Origin: Octopus sinensis
Lineage: Eukaryota
DNA length: 64,000 bases
Reading direction: 5' to 3'
Assembly: GCF_006345805.1 (NCBI RefSeq)
Contig: NC_042999.1
Location: 80,414,001 to 80,478,000, forward strand
Shown here: piece by piece, positions 27,757 through 42,190 of the stretch
Layout: the number at the start of each line of letters is the position of its first letter
Position numbering within the stretch: the stretch's first letter is position 1
Notes under the pieces: generated by a model
Told to the model about the DNA's origin: nothing
What the model saw: the letters and a program-made list of their open reading frames with translations, nothing else
The model's database searches: none
Made by a program: the position numbers and the translations under genes

Positions 27757-29653
27757 CTGCACACACAACATATGTGCACCTGTACAAAAACTGTACACTC
27801 AAACAAACGATTTACGGGTTTTGGATTCCTGCAGTGACTTACCTAAAGATACTGTGATTCCAAGCAAACAATTGCATGCATTTATTGAACAACTTAACGT
27901 ATTTTTTAGGGATTTCTCCTTTAGTCGTTTGTTCTGAGAAGAACTTATACACTACACACGCTCACACGCACGCACATTCATGCAAAAATTATATACAGTA
28001 AAATACACAAGAAGAACAGACGCCAAAGATGGGGAAAAAGGAAAATGAGTCAGACAGTTTTACCTTATCACCCTTAAATTCGTCAATAAATTGTATATAT
28101 TTGATAAACTAAGCTGTTGAAAACTGATAAAGGTCTATATAATAGGGGGGAAAATCCATATGTTGACAGTCATTTCTGCTACAAATTCAAACAACAAAAG
28201 AAAAACAACAACGAAAAAAAAACAACAAAAAAAACAAAACATTAATCTCCAGCAGTCGAAGAGAGATCAAGAAATAGAAAAGTGATAACGGGGAAGAGAA
28301 AGTCTTTGATACTTCAAGCCTTATTTTAGATTAGTTTCTTTGTAACTTGAAACGTACTAGTTGACATTTCTGCGCATTAATCATGATTTTTTTGTGCGTT
28401 TTTTTTTCCAAGGCGTGGTGGCAAAAACAATAGTTTCACGAACTAAATGACTTGCAGATTTGAGTCATACTCGTTCACACTTTGAGCCCAAATTCTGACA
28501 GAGCTAATTATACCTTTCATCGGTAGTTCTCATTCAGGATCGATCTAACGTCGAGTCTTCCGTCAGTTTCGACGATGACCATTCAGTTGTTCTGTATCAC
28601 GAGAATTTGATACATAACTAAGTATTCCAAGATGCACTTGTATACTGAGCATAAGCTGAAGCTGAATCAACATAAAACAATTTTAGGTTATGCTGTAACT
28701 TTCTATTACAACTATAATCGGACCATGATATCCACATAATTTCTGCTTACTTAATGTAACTCTCAAAACCTTGGTCAACTCAAGGGTTTAGTAAAGACAC
28801 TTACCTTATATATCATCCATTAAGGTTGAGCCAAAAAGCACATGATTGAAAAGCAAATATCATAATCAAACAACCATGCATTCGTCCACAATAAGATACG
28901 CCCTTGCGATATACCAATGTCATATTTCTGACATATTTGGCTTTGCATATCTATATTGGAAATCTTTATTCGTATAGAGCTTTCATGGCAACAAATCGAA
29001 ATCCACCCTCAAGTAATCTATGCACGAAAGTACAGAAGCAAAAACACAAACGTGCGTGCACGCACGCAAGCTCCCCCCCCCCCCCCACTACACGCACGAA
29101 GACACAAGTATATCATAGTGTTCACCTACACACAGGTGCGGACCTATACAAATACACTTATACAGTAAGACGAAAACATGCGAGACGTTCTGTAATAATA
29201 GTTCTTTATAGACACATACTGTTGATAATTGTATCGATGAGTGCATTGGACTTAGTTGGATGTATTAATTCAATAAGGAATGATATATGATATCATCGTT
29301 CCTTTGTATTTCAATATTCAAAATACAAACAATGGCAACGAAATTACATAACGAGTTATACAGAACCATTTGGGCAATTAGGGCAGTGTCATCGGGAATG
29401 ATTTTTTTCCATCTTGAAGCACACTGAAACACAGACAAAAACTTTTCACAAAGGATGACTCTCATACGGACATTTTGGTACAATATGATGCAATTATATA
29501 TCTTATCAAATACATAGACACGAATATCCATGCACGCATATCTATACGCACACACACACGCACACATATATATATGTATACATATGAGTGTATATATAAG
29601 CATGTATATATATATCTATATATCTATAACTCTCTCTCTCTCTCCCTCTCCCC

Positions 29654-29744
<91 letters not shown>

Positions 29745-29945
29745 CCATATCCATAATATATAGATGTTTTCGATCTAGTTTGGATTCTTTGCCATCAATT
29801 TTGAATTCTTTGCAATCAAATTTGAATTTTTGAATTGGTGATCAAGCCTTGAAAAAAAAAAAGAATTAAACTACATCAGCCGTAATGGAATACACGTCTA
29901 TCTTATCTAACTCGTCCAGTAGAGCCCACCAATTGATATCTGAAA

Positions 29946-30142
29946 AGTTCCATGAAAGAACTCATGAACAATGCGATAGCTTCTACCAAAAAATGTTCCG
30001 TTAGGTCGGCCCGTCTGAACAAGGGGAGATAATAAACGAATGATTCTTTTTACTATTATCTCCCTTTGTTCAGACCGGTCGACGCAACGGAGCATCTTTT
30101 GGTAGAAGCTATCGCAGTGTTCATGAGTTATTTCATCGAACT
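29946..30142. repeat. ~197-bp fold-back (MITE-like)
   Basis: 29946-30035 and 30054-30142 are imperfect reverse complements (aactcatgaacaatgcgatagcttctaccaaaaa... versus ...tttttggtagaagctatcgcagtgttcatgagtt). Confidence 0.8.
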
Positions 30143-30336
30143 GGCATACATATGGAGACGGGTATATAGATTGGAATGCGGTTTGTATTTTTCCCTAGCC
30201 CCCATAGTTATCGAGAAAATCTATTAAAAGATTTTGTAATGGAATTCCCTCGCCATTAGAACAACCAGTTGCTCACACAGCCGGCATATACCATTTCGCT
30301 AGCAGCAAGGGGAGTATAAGATGACAATCAGCCAAA

Positions 30337-30700
30337 GCCATTCATACATACATACATACATACATACATACATACATACATACATACATACATACATGGA
30401 TGCATACATACATACATACATACATACATACATAACCTCTCCTTTTCTCTGTCACTCACTCACATATTCACTCACTACAAAAAGTGAATAACAAAATTTC
30501 AGTTAACTCTCTCTCAGCCATACATAGATACATACATACATAACAATCTGCGCGCGCGCATGTGTATGTGTGTGTAACTGACGCCATTCATACATACATA
30601 CATACATAACATCTCTCTCAATCTCTCTCGCTTTTTCTCTATCAATCACTCACACATTCACTCACTACAAAAATGGAATAAATATTCCACTTATCTCATT
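30337..30700 (+). repeat. local duplication of a (CATA)n-containing unit
   Basis: gccattcatacatac...cataac...tcactcaca(t/c)attcactcactacaaaaa starts at both 30337 and 30583. Confidence 0.7.
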
Positions 30701-30703
30701 CTT

Positions 30704-30743
<40 letters not shown>

Positions 30744-31413
30744 ACACACACAACAGCAACATTACTCTCTCTGTCTCTTCACACACACTAACAAAAGCAA
30801 TTCACATACACACCACACATTCTGTCTCGCACACACCATCAAACACACACACACACACACTCTCTCTCTCTCTCTCTCACTCTCTCACACACACACACAC
30901 ACACGGATGCAGGCACATCAATCCTTCCGCTTCACAACCACTTCAAAAGAACTTCACTCACACATTCGCTCTCTCTTTGTCTCTTTCACTTTCACACTGA
31001 CTTCAAACGATCCCCTTCCCACACAACCCCATATTAAAAAAATAAAAATTATTTACGGAAATCGACGATCATCTTCAAAAATGTAAATGAACAGACGTGG
31101 TTTATAAGTGGTTTGTAAGTGACATGCGTACGTTCCTATATCGAAAGATCGCCCAATGTTTTAATGATTAGACAGAGGTCCAATAGAATAGCTCTCAGAA
31201 ACAGACTATGTACAAATTCGTTCTTTACAACGCCTGAAGTTGTTTTCTGACAAGGGTTGTGGGACAGAACATTTTCATACAGATGGAGGCTCCAATCGAA
31301 ACAGGGACCAGAAATGATAAGGTTGAGAAGCGCTCTTATAGATTATGCCGAACCGAAAACGATCACAGCCACATCAACCATACAGACGGGGTGAAAACGG
31401 GCTTAGCTGCTAG

Positions 31414-31565
<152 letters not shown>

Positions 31566-31626
31566 CTCTATCGCTCTCTCTTTGTCTCTCTCTCTCTATA
31601 TATATATACAGTGTACCCCCACTTGT

Positions 31627-31960
31627 GGAGGCGCAATGGTCCAGTGGTTAGGGCAGTGGACTCACGGTCGTAGGATCGCAGTTTTGATTCCCGGACAGGG
31701 CGTTGTGAATGTTTATTGAGCAAAAACACCTAAAGCTCCACGAGGCTCCGGCAGGGGTGGTGATGAACCCTGCTGAACTTTTTCACCACAACTTTCTCTC
31801 ACTCATTCATCCTTTCTCACTCTGTTTCACGCTGAACCTCACCGAGAACTACGTTAAGGGTATACGTATCTGTGGAGTGCGCAGCCACTTGCACGTTAAT
31901 TTCACGAGCAGTTTGTTCCGTCGATCGGATCAGCTGGAACCCACGTGGTCGTAACTGGCG
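31627..31960 (+). mobile_element. tRNA-derived SINE (third octopus-type family)
   Basis: Head ggaggcgcaatggtccagtggttagggcagtggactcacggtcgtaggatcgcagttttgattccc has an A box (tggtccagtgg) and a degenerate B box. About 260 bp of non-tRNA body follow. Confidence 0.8.
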
Positions 31961-33112
31961 CCTTAAAACTACTTTCTCTTAATGCCGTGCCGAACGTATC
32001 AAAGTTTTCTCGACTACTTTGTGTGTAACAGTTTTAGATCCATTTGCTTGCATTTAGGATATCTAGAGAGAAAAAGAAAACACAAGCGGAATAATTTCAA
32101 TCCTGAGGGAGGTTGTCTTCAACATTTCAGCGATCAATTACACACTTAGGGCATCCACAGAGTTGCTCATTAACAGCCTAATTTCATGAAGAATATAAAG
32201 GTATTGGGTACCCCTATTTGCAAACATAATGCATTATTGACAGCTACTTCAGTATATTACTTGTATGTAAACTGCGTTTTCTTCCTCCGCTATATTGTGC
32301 AACAAATATAGCTATAAATGGTATTTATTGACTGCTATAAGTATTTCACCTTTATATACAATATATTCGAGGACAGTAAAGAGAACTGAAAATCAATAAA
32401 ACTTAACGTGAATTGTGAATAGAAACATACGTCGCACCGTTTTTTATAACATTTTCAAACGGATTTAACATTTTAATGCTTGGATTAAATCTATTTGAAA
32501 ATATAGTTAAATTCATATAAATATGTTTTACATCAGTTGCTAGCTCCCACATGTCTTTTTTTTATAATTTATTGTCAAGGGGAAATTGCTCTAAAATGAA
32601 GTCGTATTTCGTAAATGATGATGTATGATGTCGTACACGATGGCGTCGAAGAATATCGTTTGAAATATTGAAATTTCAATTCAGATATCCCTCAATGATG
32701 AAACTAAATAGATGTGAGTTTTAAAAAATCGTATGCTCTTTGGTAATTTATTTTTGAATCAACATAGCCGTACTACCTGTATTTAAAATTGCAAATTATC
32801 GACGAAAATCCTGAAATTCGGAACCACGGCATATCAGAAGCAACATGGCAGAAACCACGAAAATAAATGTGTATACTTCTATGTGAGAATGTACGTAAGA
32901 AGTTGTGAGCGAGCGTAGAGACATATCTATGATTTCAATTTAATGCAGTTCTGACAGAATCGTAATAGATGTCGACCAATTACAGATTTCATAATCTCTA
33001 GGTATATTCAAAGTTTTTCTTATTAAATCTCTTTCGCAATGAAAAAGTATATATTTGCATACATACCGATTAATCCGAAGAAAACAATTTGTCAAGCAGC
33101 ACAATTTTGCAG

Positions 33113-33141
33113 CAGTAGTAGTTTTAGTAATAGTAGTAGTA

Positions 33142-33181
<40 letters not shown>

Positions 33182-33232
33182 CAGTAGTAGTAGTAGTAGT
33201 AGCAAAAGCAGCAGCAACAGTAGTAATAGTAA

Positions 33233-33277
<45 letters not shown>

Positions 33278-33283
33278 CATTAA

Positions 33284-33336
<53 letters not shown>
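33113..33336. repeat. compound (GTA)n-(TTA)n-(GTA)n microsatellite
   Basis: Directly visible. Confidence 0.95.
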
Positions 33337-33865
33337 AGGATGGATGGATATCTATATGTTAAAGCGACATATGTAAAAATATCTTGTTTATTAAGATCAA
33401 GATATAACCGTTAGCGAATTATTTAATGTACTGTCCTATCCGCAATATGCATATACGTTGCATGTTTTCTTGAATAAAACCTACATATGTTATCCATCTA
33501 CACACACATATAAGTATATATCTTTATACTCACAAGCACACCATACACACACTCACAAACACAGACACATGCGCAAGCATATATATATAAATACATACGT
33601 ATCTACATAAACAGATAATAATGTGCTCATGACAGCGATATTTTGAATACCTTCCGTTGACATCTCGTTCGAAGCACTTGTTTTCCGAAGGACACAAACA
33701 CAGCGTGATTTAATGCATTTCGTTAGCTGGAATTTTCCATAAGATCTTGAAGTTTTTATTGAAAGATAGCGAGGAAGGTGAATTAAACTGCTGGAAGGCT
33801 TGAAACATATTTCTCGCTTCTTTCCATAATTTCTCTCCTTCTCTTCTTCTCACAAAATCGTCAGC

Positions 33866-33911
<46 letters not shown>

Positions 33912-35664
33912 TATATATAATATATATATATATATAAATAAGCGCACATATGCATATACACACTCACACACAGACATACATATATACCTTTCATATCTAT
34001 ATCTATTGTTAGATATGTATATATATTCATCAAATTCATATATATATATACATATATATATATATGTATGTATATATATATATATGTATGTATGTGTGTA
34101 TATATGTATGTGCATATGCATACGCACACACACACATACACACATAACTGGTAATATCACGCGTACATATCTATGTGCAAAGTACGTGTGCGCATGGCTG
34201 TCCATGTGTGTGTGTATTTGCGTTTGCATGTCTTTATGTGTATGTGAGTGTGAGTATATGTGTGTGTGAGAGAGAGAGAAAGAGTGAGAAAGACATTGAA
34301 AGAGAATACGAAATACGTGTATGTTGATGTGTAAATTCGTGATACGATGTCTGTTTATGTAAGATTATGCATATGGCTGTGTAAGTGTTCTTGGGTGAAT
34401 GTGATATTATGTGTCTTTTCGAAATCAATATATTATTTTCCTCAAATGTCTCGAAGTATCTAAAGTAATACCGAAGTTGTCTAAACATGCTAGAATCATT
34501 AAAAATAACAAGACTTACAATGATGTTTTCTATCATCATCACCTCATAACCGCCATAGCCATAACTTCCATCACATCATTATCAGCATAGCCATAATCCT
34601 TTTTCTTCTTACCACCATCATCATACTCCGTACTACTTTGACCTAACAGTGTCAATAAGAAACAATGAATTCTAAATTCGCAATAAAGTGTAATTTAGAA
34701 GGATTTAACAACTCAGAAGGGATTCTCACAGCTAATATGGAAATAATTAAATACTGAACTGAGTTGGACTCAGCACTGTATCTCAACACTGTATCTTCAG
34801 ATGTATTACATGTATTTATGTTTCCATTCCTTCTTGAATTTTGTACAACTTATTTATCATTTTACTCACCTCTTGATGTATTTTATTTCATGATGGTAGT
34901 TTATTGTATTGAAGAACTGATCACGCGTTCACAAAGAAATTGCACTTCGTATTTTCCGCGATTAGATGAAGTTTTATTAAACTTCCTCTTTCAGTCTCTT
35001 TGAATTACAAACGAAGAAATGAATACATATGGATCAATCAGCAATCAGCATCAGTATAAACAACACCAATAAAAAAAGCACTGATAGGACCATCGTCTCT
35101 TTCAACAGCTGTAATAAGAGGTCATTCAAATTTGGGTGTTGAGACCAGCAGCGACAGCATCCTTAAGGCAGGACAGAGCGAAATGCAACCCAAAATATGT
35201 CCCGATCCACCAGCCAAATATCTATTTCCGCAGGTTCTGAAAAGGAGGAACAAAAGTGGCGGCATCAGAAAATCGGTGAAAATATCAGTCTCTGACTGGT
35301 AAACATCAGTGCGTCAAAATATAGGTAGGTGAATAGTACATATATAATATTTGAGAAATTATGGTCGAGTAGAGTCATCATCGACATACGCGTTCTCATA
35401 TACCTGCAACATCCCAAAGCAATCCCGTACATGAGTCTTGAGATGAACGCTTTAAAGTTCTGTAATCAATGTATACAACCGAGCTGATAAACTTATGGCG
35501 GCAAAACCTATCTAAATCATTTCTACAGACCAAGTCTGAGGGAACAAAATTACCTATCAAATATCCTAGAATCTGTTCACTAGAATCTGTCAGCTGTTCA
35601 CTACCAGTGAACTAAGGTAACACCTCTTATCTTTCGAGCACCTTCCGAGTATAATAACGAAGGC

Positions 35665-35665
<1 letters not shown>

Positions 35666-35709
<44 letters not shown>

Positions 35710-35766
35710 TAATAATAATAATAATAATAATGGCATGAACTGCTCTCTCACTCAATAATAATAATA

Positions 35767-35815
<49 letters not shown>

Positions 35816-35882
35816 TTTATTATTAATTATTATTATTATTATTATTATTATCATTATTATTATTGTTATTATTATTATTATT
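35666..35882. repeat. (AAT)n followed by (ATT)n, with a 23-bp unique island at 35731-35753
   Basis: Directly visible. Confidence 0.9.
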
Positions 35883-36062
35883 TATGGTTTTTTCTCCTTC
35901 TTTCAAATTTGCTTCCATTTCTTGCCGAGTGTCTTCCCGGCTCCTAGGGAAAAGAAACTCATAGTATACTTTGGTAGGCCATTAAACTAAACTCACTAGT
36001 TCGTTCATTTTTGTTTTTGATAGAAATAAAGTTAAATTAAAATACATGGGTAGTAATAGTTC

Positions 36063-36872
36063 TCACATCGACAATGCTCTTCTAAATACGTGTGATGTAC
36101 CAGTTAAGACAATCTTTTGCACTCCTTGCACGGATGGTAAGCCAGGGATCATTCTCATATAATTTTCGGTTCCCTTCTTGATCATGCCTAGTTCTCCTAC
36201 GATCACTGGTATTGTAAACGCCTTGAGATGCCACATTTTCTCAATTTCAATGAGCAGGTCTTTATATTTTCTGTGCTTGTCAAATTCTTTCGTCGAGATA
36301 TTATGAACACAGGGGATGCTCATGTCGATCAATAAGCAAACTTTATTGTTTTGGTCTTTCACAACAATATCCGGTTTATTGGCTTTGATGGTTCGGTCTG
36401 TATATACTGGAAAGTCCCACAGAATCGTTACATTTTCTCCTTCAGTTACAGCTTCAGGGTGGTGATTATACCACTCGTCGGCAGTTTTGATATTGTAATG
36501 CCGACTTATTAGCCAGTGTAGATATTGGCCAACTCTGTCATGTCTTAATTTATACTCCACTGGTGCTAAGACTTTACATCCAGAGATTAGGTGGTCCACT
36601 GTTTCAATCCTGTTGCAGAATCGGCATTTTGGGTCTGCTCCATTTTTCATCACATTGGCCTGGTAGTTCCGGGTTAATAGGCTTTGATCTTGAGCAGCCA
36701 GGATGAAACCTTCGCTCTCTGCTTTTAGCCATGAGCTCCATAGCCACTGATAGGTTTGCTTCTGGTCAACATCAGCTTGTTTGCTACGGGCCACATATTT
36801 GCCGTGCAGAGGTTTCTCTTCCCACCTATCAGCCAATTGCTCGTGCGCTTTTTTCGTTGCCATTATTTTCAC
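36063..36872 (-). pseudogene. zinc knuckle plus restriction-like endonuclease of the R4/Dong element
   Basis: AAQDQSLLTRNY; CRFC-X7-H-X4-C; RHD; KPDIVV...LIDMSIP...KYKDL. Confidence 0.92.
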
Positions 36873-37220
36873 CTTCTTTGCAACAACAGTTGCCGTACTT
36901 CCCTCGGGTTGTTCAGTTTGGGTATCCTGCCCGATGTTAATAGCAAATGTTTTGCTTTCCTTTATGATAGAATGAAGCTTCTTTCGTCTCTCGCGATTTT
37001 CATCCAGTCATTCGATATTTCAAGATATTTGGCCAGTCCAATTGTGGTTGTTTTGTAAGCTAGTTCAAATTGGATCAGGCCTCGACCTCCTTGGGCTCTG
37101 GGAAGGTAAAGGCGATCTACGTCTGCCTTTGGGTGGTGCATCCTATTACAATTCAGCAGCTTGCGTATTTTCCTATCTATTTTCTTTACTTCACTCATAT
37201 TCCAGTTCAACACATTGTAG

Positions 37221-38462
37221 CTAAGTAACAACTGGAACTGCTAAGAAATTTATAGCTAACACCTTGTTACGTGCATTTAGTTCAGATTTCAGGACTGCTC
37301 GAATTCTCCTATAACATTCCTTCCTGATCTTCTCTTTAATGCTTGCATGCTGAATACCAGAGCCTTCATTTATCCCTAAATATTTGTAGGTTTGTTCTTG
37401 CTCAAGCTCTCTTATGACTGTGTCAACATCTAACACGACTGAATTTGTGGTCTTCACTTTCCCTTTCTGGAAAGTGGCCTTGTCACACTTCTCAAGCCCA
37501 AACTCCATCCCGATGTCATCACTGAATGCTTTCACAGTGCGCAATAGGCCTTCAAGTTCATTATCGTCTTTACCATAGAGTTTTAAGTCATCCATATAAA
37601 ATAGATGGCTTATTGTTTTATTGACAATTTTATACCCATACCCTGTTCCGTTTAATTCACTTGTAAGGGGTATTAGGGCTATGCAGAATATTAGAGGTGA
37701 AAGTGAGTCACCTTGAAAAATGCCACAGTTGATGTTTATATTCTCTGAGGCAAGTACTCTATTAGAGTGGTATAATTGGAGATTCGTATTCCACAACGAC
37801 ATATTATGCTTCAGGAAGCTTGAAATCACAGGGGAAATTTTGAAGATGTCCAGCGATTTCAAGATCCATGAATGCGGTATACTGTCGAAGGCCTTATTAT
37901 AGTCAATCCATGCGGAGCTGAGATTTCTGCACTTGTGACAGTTCTCAAGGATCATACGATTAATTAGCAGTTGATCTTTGCATCCGTATGAGCCTCGGCG
38001 GCACCCTTTTTGTTCAATAGGGAAAATATCGTTCTTCTCCATGAATGCATATGTTTTCTCCGCCAGTATAGATGTTAGGATTTTATACGTGGCGGATAAA
38101 CAGGTTGTAGGCCGATAGTTTTTTGGAAGTTTTGTTTCGTTATTCCTTGGGAGTAGGTAAGTAATGCCACTTGCTAACCATTCAGGTGTTTTCTTTGGGT
38201 CTCTCATAATTCCATTGAGCAGCTGAACAAGCTTACCGTGTGCGCATGAGCGCCAGAAATTCGGCACCCTATATTTACCGGGTGATTTCCAAGTATGGGC
38301 CTTCGTGAGTGCCTTTCTTAGGTGTGCTATTGTGATGACTTCCCATGCTTGTTGTTGTAAATTTTGGTAGGATCCTTCTGTTTGTATAATCCAGTCTGCA
38401 TTTATGTTGTACGTCTTCTCATCACTCCAAATCCTTTTCCTAAAGTTTTGAACTTTTTCCAT
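37221..38462 (-). pseudogene. reverse transcriptase domain of the R4/Dong element
   Basis: NYRPTTCL, EQKGCRRG, WIDYNKAFDSIPH, GIFQGDSLSPLIF, HLFYMDDLKLY, GMEFGLEKC, YKYLGI. Frameshifts at both ends. Confidence 0.93.
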
Positions 38463-39121
38463 GGGAAGTGGGGTCTTTAACGGTTAATTTCTCCTTCCCT
38501 ATTTCTCTGTAGAATTTTTTGGCATTTGATGTGAACAGCTTATTTTGCTTGTAAAACTTGTTTCTCTTCTCAAATCTTTGTATTCTTTGAGCTTTTGCTT
38601 GGATTTTTTGTTTCAGCGTTTCTTTTATTGATATCAGTTCTTCTCTTGGTGAGGATCCAAATTTTCTCTTCATCTTTCTTCCTGTTCTGGATCTTACATC
38701 ATTTCCACATATTAGTTAATTTAATATTGATATTTCCCCTCTCATAAATTCAATCTCTTTTTCAATTTTACTTCTCCAGGTTTGATTTCTTCCCAGGTTT
38801 GGTTTTCTTTGTTTTTTTCGGGGGCATACAGCTGGTTTCAATTGCCCTAGCAGAAGCGTAAATAATTTCAATTAACTCAGTAAAATCAGGTTTTAATTAT
38901 TGTATTATTTCATTTGTTACATAGTTGCCAATTTGGATTTGTTTTTTATTTTGGTTTGTATTTGAGAGTTTATGAAGTGGTTCTCTATCATTCATACTTG
39001 TATGTCTTACAAATTCAAGTGTATTCAGGATTTTCTGCCTCATTTCTGCTATAGACTCTCTGTGTTCTTCAGCAAATGCGAGATCATCAGTTACTGTTGC
39101 TTTATCATTTTCCTGACTATC

Positions 39122-39182
<61 letters not shown>
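39122..39182. repeat. (TTA)n tract at the 5' junction of the R4/Dong element
   Basis: Directly visible. Confidence 0.95.
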
Positions 39183-40739
39183 GATCGCTGTTACTTTTGA
39201 TGTCAACATTTTTGCTTGTCCTTTGATTTGTAAACTTTGTTCAACTGTTTGAGGTATACATATTTACGTATTAGTAAAATTTATATTAGTCGAGTGCCCT
39301 GTTGGAAGTATACGATTGACATCTTCCTGGTAAATTTCTGTATATGTCTCCGTTTATGAAATCTTCCTCCACCTTCTTCTTTTCTTCCTGCTCCTTCCTG
39401 TTTTTCTTTTCCTCTTCCTCATCATTACCGTCGGCATTGCCATTATCACCGTTATCAAAATCGTAATAACATTCACAACATCCTTACATTAATGATCATC
39501 GTCTTACCTACTTTCTTATTCAAGACAATAATTATTTTGCTCCTGGTTAGTTACGATAGCAGAGTTATGATCAAAATCATTCCTTGTTGTCCCTCGTCCT
39601 GCTCTCTAAGCATTCGTATTTCCTACCACTATTGAATATACTGCACTTAATGTGCGGAACAGACACTAGAAATGCAATCAGTGAAATTTCCTTTCTTTGA
39701 CTTGGAAACACAAGGTCTGGGGTTTCAGATGAAATATTTCAATTTTCTTTATTTAAAATTGTTTGAGGCTCATTAGAATTTTATAAACATCTATAATTAA
39801 TCTATATTCAAATCTGGCTAAGTGGCTAAGTATTAGAGTATCAGCTAATAGAATAAATTAAATATATTGATTTGAATGAAATATAACTATCTGCAGGCAT
39901 TTCATTATGTTTCCAGGAGAGGATAGTTAATTGTAATGTTTCCCAACTGACCCGAATATCAATAAGTCATTAACTTGAAGAGCGCGAGAGATCTGCAATC
40001 CATTTTCTGAGAATTTAAAATCAAATATGAGCTTTAAATCTGATTTCCACATGGTTTCGGGTCCCCGTAGTCTTTGGAAATAACATGAGCAAAAGAAACC
40101 AAAGAAGTGAAACCAAGTGAAAGTTTCCTCAGATCATACCCTGCCATCTTAAAACTGAGTGATGGACACATCGAAACATTTCATGCTTGATACGCTTAGA
40201 CAAAAGGGATAATCAACATAGGATTGGCTTTTCATATATGTATATTAGAGCGGAGTAGGGTTGGTGTTAATACCAATATAAACATCAAAGAAAGATTCAC
40301 GGGCCAGTTTAATCGCAAGGAAGAGAAGCTGATTCTCACTCAAATCATACTCTGCTGTCTTGAAATACTACCTTGGACAACCTAGTTCAAGTTATATATG
40401 ATAATCGTAGATAGGACAAGTTTGGAGTTAGAACTGCTAAGATGAGATAATATAGACCTAAACCACAACACGATCATCATAACTTCAGCTAAATTAAAAT
40501 TCTTCTCAATTTCTTAATTTCATAACTAATATGTTGTTTATAGTTTTATAATTATTCAGGCAGATATAAGGAAAAAGGGGAGATTCTTCTAAGTATATTA
40601 CTGATCAGGGTTATGAAAATTATGGTTTTGATCATAGGAAGCTACATTAATCATTATGATTTATTTATCACTTTTCTCAGTGGTTGAGGGTAATGTACTT
40701 GAAGTTAATATATTTACGATACTTATGTCCTTGAAATTT

Positions 40740-42190
40740 ACGATACCCATCTCATCACCAACGTTATTTGACATCTACGTGATACTTCTGACCTAAATCC
40801 ATAGTAAAATGAAAATGGAATATGTGCTGGATGGTATTAATATCAACTATGTGTTATTCATGAACGGTATAAAGCTATTTCCAAAAGTTACTATAAATCT
40901 GATCAGTCAGGGTATTAAGATGGAGTTTGGGATAAAAAATGAGGCGTTGTAACCCTGAAAACTAGCAAAGAGTAGAGACAGCCAACTTGCAAACGGCTCC
41001 AGTGTAAAAGAAATTGTAGAGATACAGGTACTTAGGAATCTGTGAGTTGGATAAGATGAAAGAAAAAGAAATGAAGATGTTCGAAAAAAGAATTTCTCAG
41101 GCGAATGAGACTTGTGATATCGTCTACATTGAATGAGAGGAACAAGAACAATGGATACATGGTACGTATCTCCCATTGCCCACGGGGGTAGGAGTTATTA
41201 AATAGAGGACAGATGAATTAAAAATCTATTGATAGAAAGAGCAGGAAATTCATGGCAGTGCATAACGAACTTCATCAAAAGAATGATGTTGCAAGATTTT
41301 ATGTTGGGAAAAAGAAAGGAGGCAGATGACTAATGAATTGTAAAAACTTTTGCTAAAAGCGAAGTAAACAACCTAGCTTGGTACCTTAATAATGGAAAGG
41401 ATAACATCATGCCAGAGATAAGACACCGTGACATACTGAAAACTGCTAATGCAGTAACACTGAATGAGTGTAAAATGAAAGTGAAAAGGAAATTGAAATG
41501 GAATTGATGGACAAAATTATGCACGGGCAGTACACTAGAGATAAAGTAGGCATTGCTTAGAACAGGCGATGGTCGTGAATTAGAGATGAGGATTTGAAAG
41601 GATGCACAGGAGCGCTGATATGCAGCGCCTAGAAACAGACTTTCCAAACTAACTACATTATACATCATGCTGACAAAACGTAAGAATCAACTTAATGTAG
41701 AACGTGTGAGAAGCAGCATGGGTGTGGCTTAGCAAAGGTGACCTTAAATGGAGTAACTAAAGCCTGCTCATCGCTGCCCAGGACCAAGAACTAAATACCA
41801 ACTCAGTGAAAGGGGATACATGCAAAACAAGTACAACAAACTTCTGCAAAATGAGTGGGAAGAAGGCCAAAAGCGTCACTTATGTTGTTAGTGTGGGTAA
41901 AAGTCTTGCGCAGAAATACTACAAGCAGAGATACTCTAGGGTAGCCCTAAAACTTAACTGGCTACTGAACCGGAAGTATAGATATGACGTAACAGATGCT
42001 TGATATCAACACACACCAGAAAAGGAATGAACGAAAACGGGGAGGCAAAGATCCTCTGAGTCTTTGGTTTCCGGATACAGATGTTGGGACACCGAAGGCC
42101 GGATATAATAGCCTTTAAGAAAGACATGAAAGAGTGCCTGAAATTGATGTGGGAGTGCCAGTAGATCAACGTATTGTAAAGAAAAATAGA
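40740..42190 (+). mobile_element. older, heavily decayed R4/Dong-like remnant (RT C-terminus to RLE)
   Basis: Fragments in order: IKMEFGI, YRYLGI, ELKSIDRKSRK...HQKNDVARFYV.KKKGGR, HGQY, LKGCTGALICSA, IAAQDQELNTN, VALKLNWLL, HRRPDI, IDVGVP. Confidence 0.8.

Larger units (their letters stand above)
35884..39120 (-). mobile_element. R4/Dong-clade non-LTR retrotransposon, 5'-truncated and frameshifted
   Basis: ORF pieces 38673-38440, 38462-37221, 37231-36962 and 36872-36063 form one collinear RT/RLE polyprotein. Upstream WRSKIEKEI fits the R4 N-terminal region. TAA repeats flank both ends. Confidence 0.93.

Noticed and set aside
31627-31700. Functional tRNA gene
   Set aside because: Degenerate B box, poor acceptor pairing, and a long SINE body follows.
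34990-35650. Possible RTE relic (GC*DQ)
   Set aside because: Too degenerate to support from sequence alone.
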